Of a DNA stretch of 64,000 bases, positions 12,271 to 40,230 are shown piece after piece; the stretch's first letter is position 1, and each line of letters opens with the position of its first letter. The translations under genes were made by a program, and so were the position numbers. Source of the DNA: Macrostomum lignano (Eukaryota); contig NIVC01000493.1 of NCBI GenBank assembly GCA_002269645.1, positions 506,297-570,296 on the forward strand, given 5' to 3'. The notes beneath the pieces are model-generated. The model ran no database searches and was not told where the DNA came from. It worked only from the letters and a program-made list of their open reading frames with translations.

Positions 12271-14112
12271 AACTGTAACTGTGCTCAAGGCTGCAATAAT
12301 ATAGGATTTATAGACTCTGAGGTTACTCATGAAGCTACTTAAGACATCAATTGTGAGGTCTATATCCTATACGACATATGTATAGTAGTCACTAAATACA
12401 GTTACTATAAAAATAATTATAAAAAATAAAAACCTTGAAAGTATGAAAGTTTTTTTGTTATTATGACATTAAAAATATAATAAACAATTATGGCTATGGC
12501 ATTCATTTGCTTGTCATGGTAAACATTCTAATGGGCTTTGAGTGAAATGAAATTTGTGAATTTTTTTAGTATGCACTCTATGTTAAACATTTTATCATAG
12601 AGTATAAAGAAATGCGCTAATAGTCAGCAGAATATTTGAAGTTTGTTCGTAGCTTTTTATTTTTTGGAAGTATCTTGACATTATTTTGACTTTCTGACAA
12701 ACTTTCATGCCTAAGTTTGTTGCATGTCTAAGTTAATGCTTAATGATATTTGATAAATATTCGTATTAGAAGACAATTCATGACAAAAATTATGTCGTAA
12801 AATTACCCCACTAGCCTTAAAATTATTGTTTAATCACAGGATTATACTAATTTTTAAATAGAATACTATTACTTAGACTTAGTGACACAAACAGAATTTT
12901 TTTCATTTCGAGCAAAAGTTGTACTTTTCTATATTATTTTTATGTCTGGTAATAATCAATATGATAAATTATGCATCTAAGCTTGATCCAAATGACAAAT
13001 TCGATTCCTAATCTATCTTTTACAAAACATGTATTTAAAATATTCTGTTTCAGATGTAGCTAGCAAATGGTATAAAAATATCTACATAATTTCAATTGAC
13101 AGTAGAAAGCCAATAACCAGCATGTCGGCGCTGTAGCTACAAATACACAATAATTACAAACATACTCTATCGGCTATCGCCAGACACCTACGTAACGCAC
13201 CCAAATAAGGAAAAGAACAACACTCAATAAAGTTAAATTCCAAGATCTAATGACTCTTTAAAGAGTCGAAAAATTATGATATTTATATAAAGTCTATAAA
13301 AAGTTAAAAAAAACTTTTAATAATTAAAGAAACATATTCAGGCATTTTTCCGCTAAGTTTTTGCACGAGGTACTTAATAAATTTGTTATAGCAACAAATT
13401 TTATGTATGGGTCGTTCTCAAAACTTGGGACACTAGTAGTGAAAATATTATTTTTCTAAAGGAATCAGTTAACCAGCGATGATGGTGAGCATGCTCAAGC
13501 CTACAGCTCTTATCGTTGTTTTAGCAGCCTTAATTTATAAATCCAGGATAATTTGAGAATTATATAGAAGAACATGATTTAGAATGAGAATCTATTCTAC
13601 ATTCGTTGGATGACTGAAACATTTATTTTTCATTATATGCAATACATGGCATTGTTTCGGATAACACATTTGTACCTCAAACAAACAAAACATTCCCAAT
13701 TCAATAATGACGTAAATTTTTTATTGACTTTGTTTATATACATTCAACAGAATGCAACTAGTTTTAAAGACAACATCCAAGAATTTTAACATTTCTAATT
13801 AAAACGTGAACGACAGCATCGATTCGATGTTGCGACCATGAGTAAAAATGTACATGTACGACTGTAATTAAAGTGCAGTGCCTGTCAAATGTGCGTACAA
13901 GCATGAATATATTGCAACAGGTGTAGAACTAAGCATCGTTTCTCTTTAAATTATTGCGACTAGGTGTTAGCAGATCATGTTGTTCAATTAGCTGTACAAA
14001 ACAGGGGCATACGTGCATATACTAAAACGCTTTGAGTTCTGATTTGAATATATATGCTGCACGAAACAACGCATTACTGATTGAATAATAATTTAATTTC
14101 CAAACAGGAATA

Positions 14113-23603
<9,491 letters not shown>

Positions 23604-23659
23604 CGTTGGGATCTGAAATCAGGTATAAACCGTTTTCTTATCACAAGAATCGCTAGCTG

Positions 23660-24272
23660 GAGAGAAGAGACATAAGAGAGGAGAGAGGAGAGAGGAGAGA
23701 GTAGAGAGTAGAGAAGGGACAGGAGACAGGAGACAGGAGAGTGGAGAGAGTAGAGAGGAGAGAGGAGAGAGGAGATAGGAGAGAGGAGATAGGAGAGAGG
23801 AGATAGGAGAGAGGATAGAGTAGAGAGGAGATAGGAGGGAGGAGAGTGGAGACAGGAGACAGGAGACAGGAGAGTGGAGACAGGAGACAGGGAGAGTGGA
23901 GACAGGAGACAGGAGAGAGGAGAGAGGAGAGAGGAGAGAGGAGACAGGAGACAGGAGAGAGGAGAGAGGAGAGAGGAGAGAGGAGAGAGGAGAGAGGAGA
24001 GAGGAGAGAGGAGAGAGGAGAGAGGAGAGAGGAGAGAGGAGAGAGGAGAGAGGAGAGAGGAGAGTGGAGACAGGAGACAGGAGAGAGGAGAGAGGAGAGA
24101 GGAGAGAGGAGACAGGAGACAGGAGAGAGGAGAGAGGAGAGAGGAGAGAGGAGAGAGGAGAGAGGAGAGAGGAGAGAGGAGAGAGGAGAGAGGAGAGAGG
24201 AAAGAGGAGAGAGGAAAGAGGAGAGAGGAAAGAGGAGAGAGGAGAGAGGAGAGAGGAGACAGGGAGAGGAGT
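23660..24272. repeat. GA-rich 7-bp minisatellite (GGAGAGA/GGAGACA) upstream of the Cys-loop start codon
   Basis: Tandem periodicity. On the minus strand it reads as a long pyrimidine tract ending at a CAG near 23657, possibly a 5'UTR intron acceptor. Confidence 0.9.
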
Positions 24273-25377
24273 GAGTACTTTAATGTTGTGGAATTCAACA
24301 CTGAATATACTACAATACGTAACAAGGTAGTTATAACTCTAATTTCGAAATTGTAAAAGTACAAATCCTTACTATTCGAAGTTGCAATCTACAAGGCCAC
24401 GCAAGGCATGGATACTAATCTATATTGTATGGATTGCCAGTTGCGGAGGGTCACGCAATATGACAAATGAGATTTTCAATCTATTATCATTTTCTCTGTA
24501 CAGCTATAGCAATTAAAATGTTTTTTTAAAAGTTGCAAAACTTATGCTCTGGAAATTTGTTAAATTGAGCTCACCTATCAGGTACGTAGAATTTCTGAAA
24601 CTGAAGTGTCTTCTTCCTCTGCTTTGCAGATGAATTTTCTTTCCTAGCAGCTGTGGATAAGCAGAAACTGTTTGGGGACAGACTCACGGAGAATCGCCTG
24701 AGCCAATTATGGCCCGAGTTTGGTTGCCAGGGTTAGAATTCGATGCTCTCACAAATTTTTGGGCGTCTACATGGGGGGGGGGCGTCGGGCAGTGGTGCCA
24801 GCATGGGCCTGCATAATTAATACTGCAGGTACACTCCGCAGCATTCTGTTTTAGAGTGACTTCGCTAGCAGAGTCTGCAAGGCTTCTGGGAATGCTCCAA
24901 GGCTGGGGCGCTGAAGAATGTCTATATGAGGCCGTAATTTCGGCAGCGCATAATGTTGACACTACTTGGTTATTTTTACGCAGCTGCCTGAACTTGGCAT
25001 AGCAGGAAACTCAGGCAAATCAAAATCTTGCAGCTTTCAAAAATGTTTGAGACTTGAGTTACACAGGCTAAACTATTCTTTATAAGTACAACTATTGGTG
25101 ATATAAGCATGCTTCAATCTCAGATGATTTCATCAAATACATCCAGTCTGCACCGAGCGTCTCAAGCTGGTAAAGCTAGGAAGCTGGTAAAACCTATTGT
25201 ACCATGACCTTTGTGCCCGCTGGGCACTTATTCTTGCCTTTTAATGCCATAGACTACATTTAAGCCCGCTTGCAGGAAAGAAATATCGAAATTAACGGGC
25301 AGTTAATGACATTTAACGCCCGATTATTCTGTCCCACTTCGTCAAGGACACAAATGTCTATGGCACAATAATAGTAA

Positions 25378-25466
25378 TACCCATGCTTTGGGGGCGCTAA
25401 TGAGAAATCCTCGGGCGCCTAACGGCGCCCTCTGATTTTCCCAATAACGCCCTTAAAGCATGGGTA
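25378..25466. other. 89-bp fold-back (imperfect palindrome), MITE-like or hairpin RNA
   Basis: TACCCATGCTTT...GGGCGCC-TAAC-GGCGCCC...AAAGCATGGGTA; arms of 42 and 43 nt, TA at both ends. Confidence 0.7.
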
Positions 25467-26399
25467 CACCATTTTACCTCCTATTTTGAACAAAGTCTTA
25501 TTCAAAAGAAACAAGCAGAACTTCAATTCAAACACTCTAAGAAATATCAGCCCTTGCGGAAATTCAAATCAAACAAAGTCCCTTTCTATTGAAACAGAAG
25601 AACTTCAATTCAGACTGTCTGTGGCCAAAATTGTCCCCGAGTGACGCGCATGCGCAAACTTGAAATTCAAGATCCAATCTTGAATTGAATTGAGAGGCCA
25701 ATATTTCCTTATTGGCCTTATTCAACACTCTTTGTTTATCACCAATAGTTTCACTTATAAAGAATAAAGTATGATGCCTCAAATTGCAATAGTTTTCCCT
25801 CTGTAACTCAAGTCTCAAGCATTGGGACGCCCGAAGAAAAAATGAAAAATAACTGTTATTTTGCTCTGATTTCTACGCAAACACTCTGCAGTTGTCGGTA
25901 ATTGTTGTGAGAGCTTTTATTTGTTAGCACATCTCATATAAATGTCAGAGTTTCAACTGGCCGTGGACGTTTTTGACAGAACCTGTCTGCTGTACTGGGT
26001 CTAGAAACAGTGGGAAAGAACAGACAAACACAGAAGAAGTAAAGGGAAATTTTTCCCACAAAGTCAAATTAAAAACTGAAGCTTGTCGTTCCATTTCGAA
26101 ATTGGATGCTAGGAAATCAAAGTCGGTAATAAAAGGAATTAGTGAATCGATTTAGGTGAAACAGTAGAAGTCATATTTACACACAGGTAGAGGTTAAAGT
26201 ACACCGCTCACTGATGGGGCAGTGGATAAAAATGGTGCAGTTTTGGGCAGAACAGTTAGACATGTGAAGGCGTTGGCTGCAGCATATTACTGTTAGTAGA
26301 CTGATTGTGATCAACTTATATAAGTATATAACAGTTTCATCTTACGAACGGTGCCCCTCACAGGTTTCTATTCTGATCCCTGAAAAACAGTGATAGACT

Positions 26400-27035
26400 G
26401 AGAAAGTAAAGGAGTAGAGGAGAAGGAAGAGAGGGAGGAGAGGGGGGGGAGGGGCGAGAGGGAGGAGAGGGGCGAGAGGGAGGAGAGGGGGAGAGGGGCG
26501 AGAGGGGAGAGGGGCGAGAGGGAGGAGAGGGAGGAGAGGGGCGAGAGGGGCGAGAGGGGGAGAGGGCGAGAGGGGCGAGAGGGGCGAGAGGGAGGAGAGG
26601 GGCGAGAGGGGCGAGAGGGGGAGAGGGCGAGAGGGGCGAGAGGGGCGAGAGGGAGGAGAGGGGCGAGAGGGGGAGAGGGGCGAGAGGGGGAGAGGGGCGA
26701 GAGGGGGAGAGGGGCGAGAGGGAGGAGAGGGGCGAGAGGGGGAGAGGGGCGAGAGGGAGGAGAGGGCGAGAGGGGCGAGAGGGAGGAGAGGGAGAGAAGG
26801 AGGAGAGGGAGAGAGGGAGGAGAGGGGGGAGAGGGGCGAGAGGGGGAGAGGGGCGAGAGGGGAGAGGGCGAGAGGGAGGAGAGGGGCGAGAGGGGAGAGG
26901 GGGAGAGGGGCGAGAGGGGGAGAGGGCGAGAGGGGCGAGAGGGGCGAGAGGGAGGAGAGGGAGAGAAGGAGGAGAGGGAGAGAGGGAGGAGAGGGAGAGA
27001 GGGAGGAGAGGGAGAGAGGGAGGAGAGGAAGCAAA
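26400..27035. repeat. Homopurine minisatellite (GAGAGGGGC/GAGAGGGAG units)
   Basis: Tandem GA periodicity just downstream of the cut stop codon. Confidence 0.92.
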
Positions 27036-27217
27036 ATGGAAAGAGGACAGAACGAACGCAAGGGCCATAACCAGATGGAATTAGTGAAGGAAATCCAGAG
27101 ACCGATCTAGAGACGGCGAACATCTAAAGAGAAATCTTTGAGTCCTGCGCCCCTCCTATAGGGCAGAGGCTCCCTGTGAGTCCTGGCTGGAGCAGAAGAA
27201 TCCCTCCGCAGCCTCGG

Positions 27218-34893
<7,676 letters not shown>

Positions 34894-36044
34894 CCGGCCG
34901 CTAATAAACTGCCGAGTTTAATTTCAAGTTTCTCTATCTCGCACTTTGTCTTTTGAGGAATTTCGTTTTCAAAAAATTACCCCCGGCCACGAGTCCGCCT
35001 GAATGGGCAGTTATAGAGGCTGGGGAAGCGGGAGGGAGGCTGCCGGCCGTGATGGGGTGGCGCAGCGATCCCTGATTATCTGCTATCGATTTTTGTCCCG
35101 TGTTTACCCTCTACCTGGACTGAATCCCATGCATGCCTCAGTCCCGCACACGGGGGTACCTGGGGCTTGTTTGCCCCCCTCCCCCGATTCAAGTCATCCC
35201 AACCCCCGTGTCCAATACCGCCCGTCCCAGCTTCCGTCCGTCATCTCTCCCAATCGTTCCGATCGCTCTCCCCTCCTCTCCCCCAGCCCTCCCATATTTT
35301 TCCATTCATTCCTCGCAGCTCTTCTGGACAGAGGCGGACGGACCGGGGGAAGGAAATGATAAAAGGGGGGGGGGGTTTGCAACAAGTTGCGCTTAGGAGA
35401 ATGCGGGGAGGTCGCGATCGAGTCCCGCTCCCTCCTAATCCCCTCCATGCAGCCCCCACCCCATTAGGCAAATGCTAGCATCGGGCCCAAGCACTGGAAT
35501 CAGTGTGTACACCAGTTTATCAATACAGCAGGCAGACTGCACCCCCCCCCCTGTGAACAGGACGATGGCAGCACGTGGACTGACGTGACCGGCTTTTGGC
35601 CAAAGTCTCTCCAACGGAGGGCAATTTTCACTTTGAATCGTTTATCGAAGTTGATATTGATTGGTTTAATAATACTGATCGATTTGTCTCTTGACTGACG
35701 CAGCTGGCTGTGTATTGATAAAACAATAGCTAGCGGCCGATAGAGACTGCAGGCTTATGGGGGATTCTGGACAGATCGATATGCGTTGGGGGCACTCGCT
35801 GATTGCTTAAAGGAGTTATCGATCGACTACTCAGATGCTGACTGAAGAGATGGAACGTTGTATAATAATAGTAATATTACTATTGATAATAAAACCAACT
35901 GGTCGATACTCTTCTACAAGCAAAATCTGATGCCAGAATCAATACTAGTAATATTATAATACTATATTATATTGATTATAGTTTCTCAACGTTAATATAG
36001 CTCTAGCTTGACTTCTAGTGAATTCGAGGGCCTAGGGCAGTGGC

Positions 36045-36520
36045 TTTGGCGCCCCTGGTGCTGGCGCCCCTGGTGCTGGCGCGTCTGGTGCTGGCGCGTC
36101 TGGTGCTGGCGCCCCTGGTGCTGGCGCGTCTGGTGCTGGCGCGTCTGGTGCTGGCGCGTCTGGTGCTGGCGCGTCTGGTGCTGGCGCGTCTGGTGCTGGC
36201 GCGTCTGGTGCTGGCGCGTCTGGTGCTGGCGCGTCTGGTGCTGGCGCGTCTGGTGCTGGCGCGTCTGGTGCTGGCGCGTCTGGTGCTGGCGCCCCTGGTG
36301 CTGGCGCCCCTGGTGCTGGCGCCCCTGGTGCTGGCGCCCCTGGTGCTGGCGCCCCTGGTGCTGGCGCGTCTGGTGCTGGCGCGTCTGGTGCTGGCGCGTC
36401 TGGTGCTGGCGCGTCTGGTGCTGGCGCGTCTGGTGCTGGCGTCCCTGATGCTGGCGCGTCTGGTGCTGGCGCGTCTGGTGCTGGCGCGTCTGGTGCTGGC
36501 GTCCCTGATGCTGGCGCCCC
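36045..36520. repeat. 15-bp minisatellite CTGGTGCTGGCGC(GT/CC), about 31 copies
   Basis: Two-variant tandem unit. Confidence 0.95.
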
Positions 36521-37959
36521 TCCCCAATTCAAAAGCAAGTTTAATGTTGCTGTTAAAGCATTCTAACATTGGAATGAATCGAGACTTCATATCAATGCAC
36601 GTAGCTAATCTCTAGTTGTATCTGAAAACTATGAGTGGAATCTCATTACCCCTTAGAGCACGGGGATTCTGTTTATGTTTATTCCCATTCTCCATCGCTT
36701 GGAAGAATAAAGAATTCCCCCATTTCTTCACTCCGCTCCAATAATCGATGCATGATTGAGCAGCGTGCCTGAAAAATCCATTTTTCCCCTTCGGGGAATT
36801 CTCTGCTCCTCCTTGTCCTCTCGATTCTATTCCCTCTCCGCAACTGCGTTCTCCCTTGCCTCTCTTCCCCGGCCAGTGTTTCGTCCCCTCCGACCAACCC
36901 AACCCCAATGAATGAATGGAATGCCGCTCGGATGCTGAGGTGCGGCAGTTGAAGCAGGCCGTTCGCGATCTCCTCATCTCTGCCCTGTGTCTCTCCTGAG
37001 TAGAAGAAGCAACCCGGCTTCTCCTGTGCTGGTGAGAGGGAAGAGACAAAATTTTGAGAGACGTCTGCATTGGAAATGACTGATTTATGAGGATGAGAAA
37101 GACATCGATGGGGCTAGCCATACAGGGGAGGAACTCCACTGCTGGGCTGACTTCTTCGGCCCGGTCAGCAGCTGATTTGATTGAGAGTTCGATCGATGAA
37201 TTCGATTGCAGCTAAAATATGCAGCACTACTGCAACATCAAGAACGATGATAAAAACTTATTAAGGACATACTACACCCGAAATGAATTAATATATACCT
37301 TAGATGATGGCACGCCAGTGCCGATTCAAATGTAAAGGTTCCGATGTTATATTTCACAAGTTAAAGTGGAATTGAATTCTTTCGATTTGATTTTGAACTT
37401 TCTTACGAGTAAGTACTACAACACGAGCAAGCGCATGCATAAGTATATGTGTATATAGTATGTGAGCTGGTATTTTCTACAGAATAAGGCTCGATTCACT
37501 GAGTTCGTGTTAACCACCCTCGTAAGAAAAAAATTTCAAAAAGTTTTCTAGCAAAATACCATGCATGTTTACAACCGTTTATAACAAGGGCCAGATAAAG
37601 AACCTATGCGGTACATGTAGCGCATGCCTGCGGGTTAGAGGAGTGGCGAGAGAGGAGAGGGAAATAGAGAAAAGAGAGGAGAGATCGGAGAAAGGAGAGG
37701 CGAGGTACTGTAATAAAGAAGAAAAGAGATGACAGGAGAGGAAAGAGGAGAGAAGGGAGCGTGTGCCCATGACAAGATCGAGAACATGAGGAAAAAGGAG
37801 AGGTAAAAGGAGCGAAGAGAAGGAGACAGAGGAGAGAGGAGAGCGAAGAGAAGAAGAAAGAGGAGAGAAGATAAGGAGAGGAGATTCGACAAGGGAGCTG
37901 AGAAGAGATACAAACCTTGAGCAGGCCGGACTGCTACTTTGAAGTTTAGAAGAACTCGA

Positions 37960-38780
37960 GGGCCATCTTCCACGAAGGTAAGATGCTCCTTTAGGAAAGT
38001 CTGCACCAGCTCATTGAGAACACCTCGGTTTTCCAAGCCAAAATCTGTGCCATTGAGCAGTGTGCCCAGCACCTGCTCCAGGCGAACGTTAGGAATTTGA
38101 ATATTCATTTCTACACTAATAGTCAAGACACCCGGCCACAGCAATATCCTTGGGTAACGAACTCGCGGACTCTCTCGCCAAGGAGGTAGCAATCCAGACG
38201 GCAACCACCTCCTGATGAGGCTACCCATGCCCAGGTCGCAAGTCACCCGCCATATCAACAGGTGGCTCCACCAGCAACACCAGCTCCACTGGAACAGCTG
38301 CACCGATTAGGCAGACCCGCTCTGCGATGCCTAACCTGAACAGGAAAGTCTCTGACTATCTGATCTACTTAACAGAACCCACCCCAGTGAGATGTGCATG
38401 GTCCTAACCGGCCATGGATTCTTCCAGAGACTTATCTCGTTGCAAACCATTTGCCAGCTCCTACCTGTCTTTTCTGTGGTAGGAGAGAGACCGCGGAGCA
38501 TCACATCACCTTCTGCCCTCACTTCAACAAGGTGCGGCACAAGCACCTCGGCCACCCCCAGCGGATGGACGAGCTGACCACCCTCGACAACATCCGTGAC
38601 CTTCACGCCTTCGTCCAAGATACCGGCCGGGTGAGGGTCGCCGATGCCTCCTCTGTTAACCAATTCTGACTGCTGGCGGGGACTGCAGGCGCACCCCCAA
38701 GGTTAATCCTTGGTTTCTTTTACATTGGGGTTGCGATGGGGTTGCGATAATCCCCGCCAGTAGGGAGTATTAAGTAAAAA
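37960..38780 (+). mobile_element. Degenerate 3' end of an RNase H-bearing non-LTR retrotransposon
   Basis: RNase H motifs [34 protein letters not shown]; VLTGHG; CCHC finger [20 protein letters not shown]; frameshifts and deletions; 3'UTR inverted repeat CTGCTGGCGGGGA/TCCCCGCCAGTAG. Confidence 0.8.
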
Positions 38781-39305
38781 AGCGAGGAGACAAGGAGAGG
38801 AAAGATGAGAGGAGAGAGGAACGAATAAAAGGCGAGAGAAAGAGAGAGAGAGAGAAGAGAGACAATAAGATAGAAGAGCGAAGAGAAGAAGAGGAGAGAT
38901 GAGAGAGAAAAGGTGAGAGGAGAGAGAGAAGAAGAGGAGAGAAGAGAAGATCGAAGACAGGAGAGAAGATTCGATTGGAGCTAAGAAGAGGTACCCCAAT
39001 CTTGATCGGGCCAGATTGCTATTGTAAAGTTTAAAAGGACCCGATAAAGAGGTTTTGGGAGCTTCACGTACGTGGACCACCCTCGGTTTATGCGAAATCG
39101 AAATCGAAAGAAATTCTCTGGCTTGTTTTCTGGCTTATGGTTGCTATTATGCTTGGTCGCTGGACGTAATTAAGAGCTATATTAAAGCAAACTGCATATT
39201 ATTAAACTAGTAATCTGGGAATTTAGTACACTTTATTATTTTTCAAGTTATTATTACGCGATATTAGAGCATCATCTAATAAAAAATTATAAGTAAAACA
39301 GCATC

Positions 39306-39681
39306 TATTAGGCTTTTCAGTTTTCATATTACCGGTTCCAGAACCAGAATCGGTTTGAAGCTTTTCATATTGTCTATTCGGTTTTAAAAATCGGTTTCAG
39401 AACCGTGTTCTGGTTCTGGAATTTGGATCAAGAAATTTTCTTGATCCGTTGTCATACATTTTAACAGTAAAATAGATTTGAAATCGTCAAATTTATATTA
39501 TTGGTGTATAATTATTCCGTTTTTGTCATATCCAAGAGGAAACAAAGCCAAGGAAAGACAAAATTAATTGTAAAGACTGACCAACATAAAATGTTTTCGA
39601 AGCTTTTCATTTTCCTACCGATTCTGTTCTGGAATCGGAATTATTCTGGTTCTAGAACCGATCTTCGTGAAAAGCCTAATA
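39306..39681. mobile_element. MITE-like element with 14-bp terminal inverted repeats
   Basis: TATTAGGCTTTTCA at 39306-39319 and TGAAAAGCCTAATA at 39668-39681, plus inverted subterminal CGGTTC(C/T)AGAACCAGAAT motifs. Confidence 0.7.
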
Positions 39682-39888
39682 ATAGCGGACAAAACGCGCC
39701 AATTCAAATATTTCTCATTCCAAGAATCTTTAATCATATAATCGTGTAGTTTGATGTATAGGTACTATTACTATATGCTATAGCCTCTTATCCAATTGGC
39801 CTTTAAGATTTCTCGAAAAAAATATGAATCGTATTTGAGCTTTTTAACATTGAAACAGTCCAGTCAAAACTTTACATTTTCGATTAAA

Positions 39889-40230
39889 ATGGCTGCACCC
39901 AACAATCAATATACACTATATAAGCTTTTGATTTTCGTTCTAATACTTGCTTTGGTTGTCGATTTTTGCCATAGCCAACCGCAGTTTTCCTATCCTCGTT
40001 ACTCACTTAAATCTAAACAGAAGTATCAAAGAAAAGTAAATGATAGAATAAACGAATGCAGACCAGGTTGCTCTCATATTAGTGATTACTTAGAGAGAGA
40101 AAAGTGTGTGCGTATATGTGCTTCTAAGGAATGCTACAATGAAATTTATGCGTCTGATGAATTGGAAGAAGACGAAATTGATGTGAGATACAACTCGTTC
40201 AGAGGTTGTGTCTACACTAAAATTAAGTAG
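39889..40230 (+). CDS. Small secreted cysteine-rich protein, DUF4787-like, intronless, 113 aa
   Basis: N-terminal hydrophobic segment (LLIFVLILALVVDFCHS). The C-terminal CVRICASKECYNEIYASDELEEDEIDVRYNSFRGC matches my recall of the DUF4787 motif; not searched. Confidence 0.8.
   Translation: MAAPNNQYTLYKLLIFVLILALVVDFCHSQPQFSYPRYSLKSKQKYQRKVNDRINECRPGCSHISDYLEREKCVRICASKECYNEIYASDELEEDEIDVRYNSFRGCVYTKIK

Noticed and set aside
12340-14110. Second AT-rich block as a foreign or methylated island
   Set aside because: CpGs occur regularly. Its position fits the channel 3'UTR plus the KNDC1 promoter.
24550-25200. Exon-like segments as CASP exons or an alternative signal-peptide exon of the channel
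   Set aside because: Only a weak KKIHLQS resemblance and weak donors. A 5'UTR exon ending near 24555 is equally plausible.
37880-37960. Diverged duplicate of 38965-39045 resembling a CR1-type RT tail (TLKFRRTRG)
   Set aside because: Too short and frameshifted to assign; noted only as a probable retroelement relic.
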